A stretch of 61,053 nt of DNA, the filler included, from Basidioascus undulatus (lineage: Eukaryota): assembly GCA_000826855.1 (NCBI GenBank). It is 14 parts of 14 records of this genome, joined end to end, with 100 filler letters (N's around TTAATTAATTAA, not from the genome) between each part and the next. Parts side by side here need not be neighbours in the genome. Positions count along the whole stretch, not along the records: positions 48,581 to 52,673 come from JTLS01002242.1; positions 52,774 to 56,864 come from JTLS01002243.1; positions 56,965 to 61,053 come from JTLS01002244.1; 11 more parts are not named here. The stretch is one strand, 5' to 3'. Within the stretch, counting starts at the first letter, position 1; each line of letters begins with the position of its first letter. Under the pieces are notes generated by a model. It searched no databases. It worked only from the letters and a program-made list of their open reading frames with translations, and had not been told where the DNA came from. A program made the translations under genes and the position numbers. Of the stretch, positions 48,710-60,339 are shown piece after piece.

Positions 48710-48997
48710 CGGATTTGAGGAGGAGGAGGAGACGGAGGTGTTGAGGCTGAGAGCATGCGATCGCCGGGCCGGGCCGTGTTGCCGAGCGTCTTCTATCGGC
48801 GAGGCATATCGGTGGGCGAGAATACAAATGAGTTGAATAGCAACTCGCAATGCACGTCATGGCTCGAGACGGAAATGGACACGAGTCGTTCTCAACTCGC
48901 ATCTCGATAATCTTACACTCTTAATTGCGTTCACATTCACATTCACATCCACATCCTGCTCTAATTGCCCGCTCAGTCGGGGTTTTCAACGTTCAAT

Positions 48998-49900
48998 CTG
49001 GCAGCCGCAAACGTCGCGCCCGCGGTGCGTCCCTGCCCTCCTTGCCCCTCCCTATCCGCTTCCCTGCCCGGACTGCCTACTAACGCCCTCTCTGTAAACC
49101 CTTAGTGGCGCTCATTCACACTCTTCGACCTCTCCGTCGTGCGCTCCGCCTCCGACCCGTCCTCCTCACCCGCCCACCTCTCCCGGCCCAATGAGATCGC
49201 ATGCATCGCTACGGGGGGCGGCGCAGTCTACGTCGCGGACGCGCAGGGGGCGATCGCCCAGCTCGGGCAGGACTTTGAGGAGGTCCGCAGCTGGCAGGCG
49301 TTCTTGGAGGGTCGGGTCACGCATATGGCGTGGCGGGAGGGGGTGCTGGTCGCGCTGGGGGTGAGTACTGCGTATGGGGAGGCAGGGGGAAGAGCGCTGA
49401 TCACGGTGTGGATGGGAGGACAGGAGGAAGAGACGAGCAGATTCCCGGTGATCAAGATCTGGGATGTCCGCCATCCAGATAAAAAGACAGGGCTGCCTAC
49501 TCTCCTCCGCAAAGGCGTAATCCAGCACGGGAACCAGCCGCACCCTGTCCGTCTTTCTTCCCTCTGCTCGCCCACCCCATCCTCACCCCCGTCCTAACCC
49601 CCAGGTCTCCACCCTTGCCGTCTCCCCCGACCTCTCGCACCTCTCCATAGGCCTCGGGGACGGGACGGTCCTCCTCCTGCGTCGTCTCTCCGACTCGCTC
49701 TCCTCTGCCCCGAGCGCACTCTCCGACCTCCCCAAAGCGCGCGTCATCCACGCCTCGCCCGAGCCCGTCACGGGCCTGGGGTTCCGCGCGAGCCGGACGC
49801 TCTACATCGTCACCACCGCGCGCGTCCTCGCGTGCACGATCGGCAAGGGCGGGCGGGAGCCGGTGGTGATGGACGAGCTGGGCGCGGGGCTCGGGTGCGC
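48998..49900 (+). CDS. VPS11: Vacuolar protein sorting 11 (HOPS/CORVET), N-terminal beta-propeller only
   Basis: WRSFTLFD...RSWQAF...GVLVALG-EE...PVIKIWD...QHGNQPHP-VSTLAVSPDLSHLSIGLGDGTVLL...EPVTGLGF...VMDELGAGLGCA. It stops abruptly against ZWF1. The apparent start is CTG at 48998. Confidence 0.88.
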
Positions 49901-49941
49901 GTGCGTGGTTAGCGGCTTGGGGGAAGGGGAGGGCGGCGTAC

Positions 49942-50624
49942 GTAGAAAATGCTGTGGAGAGGGAACCGGTGTGCCTTGTCAGACGCGTTTCCCAACCGCC
50001 AGCTGGAACCCAAACGCAAGGACGCACCGGTGCGCCGTCTTCCCGCCGTCCTTGTACTTGCTCTCGATCTCCTTGAGGTGCTTGTCCAGCGCCTGGAAGC
50101 TCGCGTCCTCGTCGTACTGGCCAGAGACGTATGTCGACACCTTGAGGAACTCGTCGAGCTTCATCTTGGCCTCCTTGGCCTTGGCCTCGTCCTCCTCGGA
50201 GGAGGGCAGCTTGATGTACTGCGCCGCGCGCTTGTGGAAGTCCTCCTCGCTCATCTTGGTCCTCGCGTACCCGACTATGTGCACGCCCTCGGGGAGGAGA
50301 CCCATCCGGTACAGCCCGAAGAGGGCGGGGAACGTCTGCGGGAGGGAGTGTGGACGCCAGGGATGGGCGCGGGTGACTCACCTTCTTCTTCGCCAGATCA
50401 CCCGACGCGCCGAGGACTGTACCCCACCAACACCATCATCCAGAGCGTGCCAGGTACAAGGCAGGGCAGGTCGGACAGGCAAGCAGGGCGAAGGGGGAAG
50501 CATGGAAAATGCGCGAACGTCAGCAGCCCCAACGCCTCTCACTCCGTCTTCTCTCGCCGGGCACAGAAGACGCACCGACGATAACGGTGTTGTCCTTGAG
50601 CTGGGCAACCTGGTTGTCGGCCAT
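49942..50624 (-). CDS. ZWF1: Glucose-6-phosphate dehydrogenase, N-terminal part only
   Basis: [38 protein letters not shown]...IVGYART...YVSGQYD...HR-IFY, the last from a 10-nt exon at 49942-49951. The gene ends inside the next intron. Confidence 0.95.
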
Positions 50625-50638
50625 TTTGGGTTTGCTGC

Positions 50639-50660
50639 GTGTGTGTGTGTGTGTGTGTGT
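50639..50660. repeat. (GT)11 microsatellite just upstream of the ZWF1 ATG
   Basis: Read directly from the sequence. Confidence 0.9.
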
Positions 50661-52443
50661 ATGTATGGAGGCGGAGTAGGTGACAGAGGAGGGGAGGGAG
50701 AGTAGTGGAAGGTGGAAGCAGCGGCGGGAGGTGGTGGAGTCTGCCTGTATGCGCTGGGGTTTGACATCAGATGCTGATCTCGATAATCTGCCGCCGCGCC
50801 GCGCCTCTCGCGCTGCAGCTCGCTGGCTCGCTGCCCACCTGCAACTTCTCGTGATTGATTTACTGACTTACGCTTCTGGATAGGAAAGGTAAAGGAGGTG
50901 GTGGTGATGGTTCGTGGGGACGGAGACGATGGAGAGGGAGACAGAAATGATGAAAGCAGGAGGTCTGCAGCGCTGACGAGCACGGTGGAGGGCCGCCCAG
51001 AGTCATAACAGGGCTGCCTCATTCTCAGCCTTTGCCCTGCCAAAAAAGCAATCGGTCCGGCTGCCCGAAGGTGGGCAGGGCGGACCGCTGCAGTGTCCAC
51101 CGCTGCACATCGAGAGCAACTTCGCAGGTGTACGGGATGCACATCGGGTGCATTGGGCATATAAGTTACAGCCTGAACAAGTATGTAGAATTGTTCAGGA
51201 AGTAGAGTTGTAGACCCGGTCAGAGGAGTAGCCGATGAGGACGACGAGATCACCGTTAACGTTGACGTCGGTCGAGTGCCCCGACGCAGTGAGTGAGCGG
51301 CAACCCCGCCTCATCGATACACGGGCGCAGAAATACACCGTCGCGATAGGAAACGCTTTCCCAGTGGCGGCGCTTGGGGCGGCGCGACGCGTTTGAAACG
51401 CGTCTGGGTCTACACCGGCTTGGACTCTCCTTGTCGCATGAATCGTGGCTTTCAAGCAGCAGCCCCCCGTCTCTATCACATGTGCCTTGAAAGTGTAATA
51501 AGAAATGACTAGTGAGGGATGCTAATAATGACGAAATGTCCCGTGCGTCGCAGAACCGCAGCTAGCCCTGCTGCCTGCCCTTGCCAGCACGCACGACTGA
51601 CGAGCATCGCCTCCCTTGTCCTCGTCCCCATCTGCCTTGACTACGGTCGTCCAACCGCTTGACAATCGCTACGACGACTGCATCCGAACCCAAACCCAAA
51701 CACAAACACAATCAAACCCAAACACAATCAAACCGCGACTGCTCAAGTTTCCTCCCCGTAACACCGCCTCGTCATCGATCCCTTCACGACCACACACGAC
51801 CCGCACGCCGCACGCCCGCTAGCCAACGCCCACGCCCACCCTTCGTCTCGCCCGACACCCGCACACAGCCCAACAAGGCACACATCGACACGAACCACAC
51901 CACCCACACACACAGAGAGCGTCTACTGCGACAACATCGTTGGTAGAGCCACCACGTAACACACCCGATCTTTCGGTCTTGCAGCGCAGAGAGGTCCGTG
52001 TGCACCAGCACTCTGCATCCGCAGCGCAGAGACTGGACGCTGACTGGCTTCTTGTTGGGATTCAACAGCCGCGAACAGAGTGAGTGGTTCGTTCCTTCGG
52101 TCTTATGTCGATGTGCAAGATGGGCGGGACGGAGTTCCTGTGGGGTCCGGTTGGGTCCCGATCCGGACTGGAGAGCTGCTCGCGGAGGTGACGGGCGCTG
52201 ATGGCCTAGTTGTGCTTGACCCTCTGCTTCGTGCCCTCCCATTCACTCTCACGATCCACACTATCACTCTCACCACCACCGCATCCCGAGACTGGCCTGA
52301 CACTCCGCTCGCTCGTAGGCCATCCAGGCACCGCAGGTCGCTCGACCTCCTCCGCTCGTTCCCACGACACACGTCCGATCGACACCCACACGCACCACAC
52401 CCACGCCCCAATCCACCTCTCCCTACTCCCCTAATCCACAACC

Positions 52444-52673
52444 ATGTCCGAGCCCACTCCGACGGATTCCAACCCCCCCTCCTCCACGACCAACACCACC
52501 GGCCGCCCCAACTCGCGCAACAACAACCGCCGCCAGAACTCCGGCGGGAGCGGCGGCGGTGGGGCGAATGTCAACCGCTCCCACTCGGGGCGCGGCGGCG
52601 GGCGCGCAGGTCGCGGAGGCAGCCGCAGCGGCTCTGCTGATGCGCGCGCCGCCGCCAAGGAGGGCGGCGGCCA
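52444..52673 (+). CDS. N-terminus of an Asn/Gly/RGG-rich protein
   Basis: ACCATGT start context. MSEPTPT...SGRGGGRAGRGGSR runs off the contig. Confidence 0.55.
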
Positions 52674-53102
52674 NNNNNNNNNNNNNNNNNNNNNNNNNNN
52701 NNNNNNNNNNNNNNNNNTTAATTAATTAANNNNNNNNNNNNNNNNNNNNNNNNNNNNNNNNNNNNNNNNNNNNCTAAAGAGCGTAATGGTTGTTTTTTGC
52801 ATGATGACTGGGGGACATGGCCCGAGAAAGTAATTTCCAGCCTGCGACGTCCGGTCACCTGTTCTGATGTCCTTGCTCCTCCATTCCAAGCAAGAGCAAA
52901 CCGATACCTCCCAAGAACCATTTCAGTGCAAAGGGAATCCTTGCAGTCTGCACAATTAGAGCTCGGATGAGGACCGCTTTAACGCGCTCAGCGCTTACCC
53001 GCCCGCTCTGACGCTGCTTCTCCCCGCTTCCGATCGACTGAGAAGTTCCGCTGTGCTTCCGCCCCTGCAGCCCCATCTTACGGGCCATTCCTCTTCACCC
53101 AG

Positions 53103-54813
53103 ATGCCATCATCTACTGCCCTCCAAATCCAAGCCATCGAAATGTCGCGCGAGAACACCCCCCTGCTCTTTCGCGACCGCCGGGACGGCGGGCCTGCCCA
53201 GGAGAGAGAACACACCCACGAGAACGGGTCTGCGATGGATCGGTTCAAGTTGGATCTGAAGGCGGGGTTCTGCGAGGTGCGTTTCGGAGAATGGTGCTGA
53301 AGGGTGGGAGAGCTGATGCCCGCTTGCTTGCTTGCGTGCTTGCAGTTTCTGGGGACATGCATGTTCGTGAGTCTCCAGTCCCAAAACCAATATACAATAC
53401 TCGCATCGGCTGACCCAAAGCTCTTGCGACCCGCTCTTTCAGCTCTTCCTCGGCCTCGGCGGCATCCAAGCCGCGTCCGTGACATCCCTCAACGAATACA
53501 AGAAGCACCGCCACGACGAGACCAGCAGCGGGGCGATGTCGCCCGATCAGCTCATGCTGATCGCCACCAGCATGGGGCTCTCGCTCGTCGTGCGTTGCAG
53601 GCTTTTATTCTGAGGGTGGGAGGACTAGGTTTGTGCTGAAAAGCCTTGACGCGCAAGGTATCCGCTTGGTCCTTCTTCCGCGTCACTGGGTCGATTTTCA
53701 ATCCTCAGGTCGGGCTGGTACGTTAGTGTCCGAACCGACCAAATTTTCGATTGTGTGTGAGGCACTGAGGCTGAAGGCCTGTATGCAGGCGCTCCTGCTC
53801 TGCGGCGTCATCTCCCCCATGCGGTTTGTTTTCACCTGCGTCGCACAGGTCAGGGCCTTCCTATCCTCCATACCCAAACCTCACCTCAATTTAAGTCAAT
53901 TCCCAACAGCTTGCAGGCGCGGTCGTCGCCTCGGGCCTAGTACACCTCCTCTTGGGCGGACCGATCGAGTTCGCCACGTCGATCTCGCCCGGCACATCCA
54001 CCGCTCAAGTGGGTGGTTTTTCAAATTCTTCATTATATATCGTGGGAGGAGATTGAGGGATGTTGGACAGGCCGTCTGGCTCGAGGCGCTCATGACCGCC
54101 ACGCTCGTCCTCTCCGTGCTCATGCTCGCAGCGGAGAAGCACCGCGCGAGCTACCTCGCGCCTGTGGGGTTCGGGTTGACGCTGTTTGTTACGCAGCTCT
54201 GTGAGTCCCGACCGGGTTGAGAACTTTTTTCTTGTATAGGCGTGCCTTATGTTGACAACATGATTGTGATTTCAGTTGGCGGACCATACACCGGCGCAGC
54301 CGTCAACTCTGCGAGGGCTTTCGGACCGGCTGTCATCCATGGTCAGTTATATGGGACGAGACGCCGAGCAGTGCAGGGAAATCTCAACGGTGTTCCTGTT
54401 GTACAGGCTTTGAGTCCCGCCACTGGGCCTACTGGGTCGGCCCGTCCCTCGGGAGCCTGATCGGCACGGCAGTCTACTTCATGTTGACCGTGATGGCTTA
54501 CTGGTACGCTCCACCTCTCCTTGCCTTAACACATCCCCTCATACAGCCGCCTCCTCACCATTCCTTATCTGCTTGGAACAGGAACATCAACCCCCTCCAA
54601 GACACGGACGCCTTCCACGCCTCGCCGCGCAGCCCGCTCGGCATTCCGTCCATCGGCCGCGCCCTCTTTGGGGAGACGTGGGCCGCTGCGTCTCGGACTG
54701 ACGGGCATGGGTATGTGGCTGATGAGGAGGCCGGTGAAGGTGGGCGCGCGATGGGGAGGAACAAGGATCGCGTAAGGTCGAGCGAGGAGGGGGAGGGAGC
54801 GGAGAGGGCGTAG
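53103..54813 (+). CDS. Aquaporin (MIP family) with NPQ/NSA motifs
   Basis: E-FLGTCMF-LFLGLGGIQAA, FFRVTGSIFNPQVGL, LMLAAEKH...APVGFGLTLF, YTGAAVNSARAFGPAVI and HWAYWVGP. Start at 53103 or 53142. Confidence 0.93.
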
Positions 54814-55920
54814 GGGAAGCGGGTGGTGGGCATGGGAGTGTTGCTTGAAATAAACAAAGGACATTTTGGGGGGTCGAAAATATTTTGGGTAGTGTGCTGT
54901 ATGGAAGATACGAGGGTTGGCTGATGCAGTGCAAGCTCTGCATGTGGTCGTCCGCCGGTTGAAGGGTAGTGTTCTTCTCCAAAGCCATCAAGCCGTACTC
55001 GCAAAACCATTTGGGAAAGAGTAACAATTGTTCACTACCAAACTGAATATCAAGCTAAATATCTGGGCCCGCTCAATCTGAGCACATCTGAGCTGCGAAG
55101 GGTTGCGAAGCGTCTCCCGCCCTCAGATACCGACGACGCGCTATCGCCACCCACAGGCGGTCTTGCTTCTTCTATCCGGATTTCCATCTTGAGAATCTAC
55201 TAGGCTTGCTTTCAAAAGTGTAGCCCCGAATGGCCACATTGACAGGATAACTTCCGACCACGGATTCGGTGAGGCGCCAAATAAAAGCTCGACTTAATAT
55301 ACCGGCCGCCTTCCAACCCCAGTGAGAGCATCAGCATGTGTACATCTTCCTATTGCGTATATTGTGGTCGGCTTAAGCTAGTCCGCGACGGTAAAGTACC
55401 TATTTCGCTGTGGCACAGAGATCGTCGAGGATTGTTTGCCATCGGCGTGACATCCCGGGAGCGGAGTCGTCGCAGCTGCGTCGGTCGAAAAGTCGGTCTA
55501 CACCGGCCCTGCGCTTGCCTTTTTTCGTGATGTGCCCTCTTTATTTCTCTGCTGGATATGCGAATCCTACAGGCTATTTATTGCGAAAGAGGAAATGTAG
55601 AAGTTGGCGCAGGCTGAGCGAGTGTGGAGAGTCGCAGGCCATTATTTCATCACGCGGAACTGGAAGACCGGGCGGGCCTGGCTGCATTTTGCAGCGGCGA
55701 GGGCTTCCCCTCTTGACCGCCGTCGTCGTCTTCTCAAGACGCCTCTTTCCTCGGCTGCCCTTCCCCGCCGCCGACTCCCCTTATCCTCCGGTCCCACAGC
55801 ACCGCTGAGGATCCCTTTTTCTTTTATTCTCCAGTACGCCAGGCCGGGTACACCGCCAGGCCCCAGGACGCCAGTCTCCCCCTTTCCTCTCCCCGCCACC
55901 GACACTCTCAGTCGCAGGCG

Positions 55921-56392
55921 ACCCCCAGTGACCCCTGCTCATCCCGACCTGCCCCAAACCCACCCAATGTCCAGCTCGAAGGAGAACACCTCGAGGTTGA
56001 CCGCATCATCAGCACACGGATGTACAGGTGTCAGAAGCAATACCTCACCCAGTGGAAGCACTGCCCACCTGAGGATGCAATGTGGCTCACGGCGCAAGAC
56101 CTTGACAACCTGGAGTACTTCCACTATGACAACCACGATGCACAATGAGGGCATTGTGTCTACAGAGGGGGAGAGTGTGAGCGGACTCCCCTGCATCACA
56201 CCCAAGGTCCCTCCCAGCCACACCCCTGTTGCCACCCTTCCAGAACTTTCCATCTCTTTCTATCTCTTTCCACACTTTCCCAGCTCTTTGTAACACTTCC
56301 CATGAAGCCCCCCAACTGTATATAAGAGGACCAGCACCCTTTGGATAGCCCTTGGGTACACCTTTGCCCACACCAAGGGGTGTATCCTCACA
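55921..56392 (+). mobile_element. 3' relic of a Ty3/Gypsy chromovirus: chromodomain, PPT and 3' LTR
   Basis: The frame from 55921 reads RPAPNPPNVQLEGEHLEVDRIISTRMYRCQKQYLTQWKHCPPEDAMWLTAQDLDN. PPT AGAGGGGGAGAG at 56164-56175 directly precedes the LTR. Confidence 0.85.
56176..56392 (+). repeat. LTR, 217 bp
   Basis: Starts TGTGAG and ends CTCACA (6-bp inverted termini). Internal TATATAA at 56319-56325. Almost free of CpG. Confidence 0.8.
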
Positions 56393-57394
56393 CACATGGC
56401 CCTTTCACCCAAGTTTTTCTTTCTCTCCTGCACACAACTTCCTATACACTCCTCCACATTGTTTTTCTTCAAGCCATGATAAAAAGGGCCACTTCATCAT
56501 CTCTACTTTCCTCTTCATGAAGATACACTTGCTCCTGGCTCATTGGCTGAGTGCTTTTCACTTTCGATATTCAAGGCCGGTTCTGTATGGTTAGAAAGGA
56601 GGTTAACCTGGATATAAAGATGAACTTTAGGTGGCCTTGATCAACCGTAGAAGGTATTTGATTTTACTTCCGTTCGAATGTAGGTTGATAGGAAGGAGAA
56701 AGTTGCCAGTATTGAAGATTATAGTGGGATATGTCACTTCCTTGCTTCGCCATCGATGTAAGCTGAGTGAACCGTGCAGGGGAGTGACTTCAATATAGAT
56801 GCAGCAGTGCCAGCTCCCACCGTTTTATACACGAGAGTATGAAAGGGAATATTCGAGTGAAAGGNNNNNNNNNNNNNNNNNNNNNNNNNNNNNNNNNNNN
56901 NNNNNNNNTTAATTAATTAANNNNNNNNNNNNNNNNNNNNNNNNNNNNNNNNNNNNNNNNNNNNAGGGTGAGAGCGTAAAATGAGGTGGCAAGGTTTGAC
57001 AGTTGTCGAGGATTGAATGTTTGTTAAGACGTTCATGACACCCAGGTTCCCACGAGGAAGCAACCGCGTCGGCGCCGCGTCCTCTCCCTCTCCCTCCCTT
57101 TCCCTCCTCTCCTTCCGGCACTCATCTCCCCATCTTCCCATCTCCCTCGACCCTCACGCCTCCTCATCCAACCTTGGTAGCCGACGACCCCTCTTCCTCG
57201 CTCTCCAGCATCTTCCCCTCCCCTCCCGCTCACAACAGCGCATACGCGCCTCCCTGCGCGCGCTCCTCCCGCACCTGCCTTCGACACTGCCCCCCGGCCT
57301 CGCAGCGCAAAACGACTTCCTGAGAGTTGGCAGGTACTTAAGGGACGCAGACGAGGACGTACCTTTTGACCTGCGCGCAGGGTTGGAGCCCCCG

Positions 57395-58206
57395 AGGGTG
57401 GATTGGATTGAGGAGGAGGGGGGGTACAATGTCTCAAGTGTTGATGTGGCCCCTGCACCAAAGCAACCATACCTGCAGAGGGAAGAGACCACACATTGCA
57501 CATAGCTCACTAGGCTTTATTGCAAACTGCATCATCTTGTGGAAGAAGCAAAGGCAAATGATGATCTGTGCAACCACCTTGCCTTCCTTTGCCACTGCAC
57601 AAGCAATGACACCAAATGACTTTGAAACCAGTGGTAGACAACAAGGACATACTGGACTTGCAGAGCTGCTTGCATGAGAGGTGTCCCTCTCCTCCACAAA
57701 CACCTGCTGTAGGTGGGCTTTGAAAGAGTGTACCTTGCCATGAGCAGAAACAGGACTCCAGGGTCTCATGGGGGATTGTGTGTGCTGTCAATGTTCACAT
57801 GGAGATCAAGCATGTGTGACTGGACATGCAACATGTCTTTGTGCAGAGGAAGAGTGTGCACATATACCACCATGATCAAGGAGCCATGGGGCTTGTAGTA
57901 ACAGAAGAGCAGGTCATTCAGTGCAAACATCCCTTTGTCCCTGCTTGCAATAAGCTGCTGGAGCATGCATGCCTTGCTTGGGCACATGGGCTTGTGCATA
58001 GGCCAATCTGGCTTTTGACAGGCAATGGAGCAGTAGGATGCTGAGAAGGTTGCAGGTTGTCAGTTGCAACAGGGGAAGGAATACACACAAAGCTGCTTTA
58101 CATGCAGCATGCACCTGGAGCTTGACCATGTCCAAGGCCTTGATGGAGCACCACCTGCATTGCTTCTGCATGGTCATCCATGTGACCACCATAGATGAGG
58201 TGGCTG
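57395..58206. other. CpG-free island, probably a hypermutated repeat or gene relic
   Basis: By-eye scan found no CG between those at 57393-57394 and 58207-58208. TG and CA are abundant. Confidence 0.8.
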
Positions 58207-59355
58207 CGAGGCAAAGTAGTGAAAGGCGAAATGATTGAGCACAAACAGGGATGAGGGACAAGGAGAAGGTGACAAGGAGAAGATGAGAAGGTGTTGAGTG
58301 AAGGGCTGCAGGCAAACTCAGTATCTGGGCAGGAGAGGAATCAAAAAATAAATAACAAATGTCATACAATTAGCTCGACGATTGAAGCATCAGATTTTTC
58401 CTAAAAAGTAGTAGGACCAAATAAAATCAAATTCTAAGCCTAGTTTGTTGAATGGTATCAACCATACACATAGGCGGAACAGTGCCACTGTGTGCTACAC
58501 TTGTAGTGCCTTTCTCAGCATTCATGCACTGATGCCATGCATATAAACTGAAATGGATATATATTTGCGAAAAACAAGGGGTTGACCAATTAAGAAGCAC
58601 TTAGTACACCCTGACAAAACAGCAAACTGTGGACTGGTAGTTACAACAACTGGCAGCCACATTGAGACTGAAAGTGCTTGAATATGTATTTGGATGCCTT
58701 GGACACAGCCTGAAATTTCTTCAAGCTTCTCTGACACTCCCGGCTGGTGTTGCTGGGTCAAGACCTCACTTGGTGGTGTCATCAGTGTCCCAGCCTTGTT
58801 GTGACCTGTCCTTTACCATCTTGACTCTCTAATTCACAACTTTTACAATGAACACTGAACACCCTATATGCCATGACTGTACCCTGTCTCCCTGCTGTCA
58901 TCAGATCAAAGTTCATGCATATCTCTGTGCTGCACAAATTTTCGGGACAATAATGAGGGCTTAGTGGCGCGAACTATTCAAATCTGCGGGAGTGGTGGGC
59001 CCTTTCCTGATCTGTTACTTAAGAGTTTGTCCCCATTGCCAAAGACTTGATTTCTCAGCTGGCTTACTTTGTGTGCAGAACATCTGATCTATGAGACTAG
59101 GAGGCTGCACAAGAGGGTGATGAGCCAAGACATTGCCTGGGAATCTCAGCAAGTCCTACGCTTCGTAATGAGCAGTGCAGGAGGAGTGTTGTTTGACACA
59201 ACCAAAAAAAAAAGACAAAAAGACAAACCAGGACGCGCGCGAGCCAGTGTTATACTTGCAATTCTCAGCAAGGTTCCTTGAAGTTCCAGCAAAAACACAT
59301 GCCCAAGATCCGCGCTCAAACGTAGCATCCATGTCCGCCCCGCGCCTCTACCCAT

Positions 59356-60104
59356 CTACCGCCGCCTCCTGCCCCTCGCCGCCGCCTCTATCTTCTCATT
59401 CCGCTTCTTCAGCTTCGCCTGGCGCTTGCTGAGCGCGTCATCGGCGCCCGCGGGGGTCCCGCTGGGCGCGGCAGACGCTGAGGAGGAGAGGGAAGGCAGC
59501 CTGAGCCCGAAGAAGGGCAGGGCGATGCTGAGGAGCTTATAGAGTGCGAAGAGGGGGACCTGCAGGCGGTGGAGAAAGTGGGTTGGGATGTGGATTTGAG
59601 AGGAGAAAAGAGGGGCACGCACGACGAGGTATAGGTACCACAGCTTGTCCCCGAAGAGGCCGGTCAGGACGAGGCATCCCCAGCTCACGTAGACTGTTGG
59701 CCCCCAGCACCTGAGCGCTCGCACATCGAAGAGAGCAAAGCGCCACTCACCGACATCCCAACCCCACTCAATCAGTCCACCCTCCCTCCCCAGGTCCTCC
59801 CCCTCGTTCACCAGCTCCCCCCTCGCGCCGTATTTAGGCGTGCCCCATCGGCCAAACAAGACAGCGATCCACGCTGCTGGCGCGGTGAGGCCGCCGGTGA
59901 GGAGCGCGGAGCGCGTGGAGGGGTACCCACTGAGGAGGAGTCGGAAAGAGAGGTGGAGGAAGAGCGCGATCGCGAAGCCGAGGCGAAGGACGCGGATGGA
60001 AGCTGCGTTGGAGGATGCCACGCGCTTGGCGGAGGCGTTGGCCTGATCGGGGGGAAAGGGTGAGAACGATTTAAGAGTGACTTTGAGAGTAGGCAGCGTA
60101 CCAT
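59356..60104 (-). CDS. SND2: SRP-independent targeting protein 2 (TMEM208 family)
   Basis: ATG-only exon at 60102-60104. MANASAKRVASSN...GELVNEGEDL...GLIEWGWDV-VYVSW...LWYLYLV-VPLFALYKL...SKRQAKLKKR. Complete. Confidence 0.9.
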
Positions 60105-60339
60105 CGTGAAAGTCTCTGGCAGTCGATGGACTTGGAAGCGAGAAGGCAGCCAGCGTGTGCGCGGCTTGGCAATTCGCGATTCACGACATCAAGGATCAGG
60201 GCGGACCGAGAGCCCGGTCCCTCTTGACCCAGTCCTTTCCTCCCCGCGCGGAAGCTTGAGCGCCAAACCACCTCGCCCTTGCTCGACAATCGCCAACTAG
60301 CATCTCCCTCGCAGTTTCCGCATCCAGCGCTCGCACACC

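Noticed and set aside
60105..60339. Short divergent spacer between SND2 and the polyQ gene, and likewise CreC-like/VPS11
   Set aside because: Compact bidirectional promoters are ordinary in fungi.
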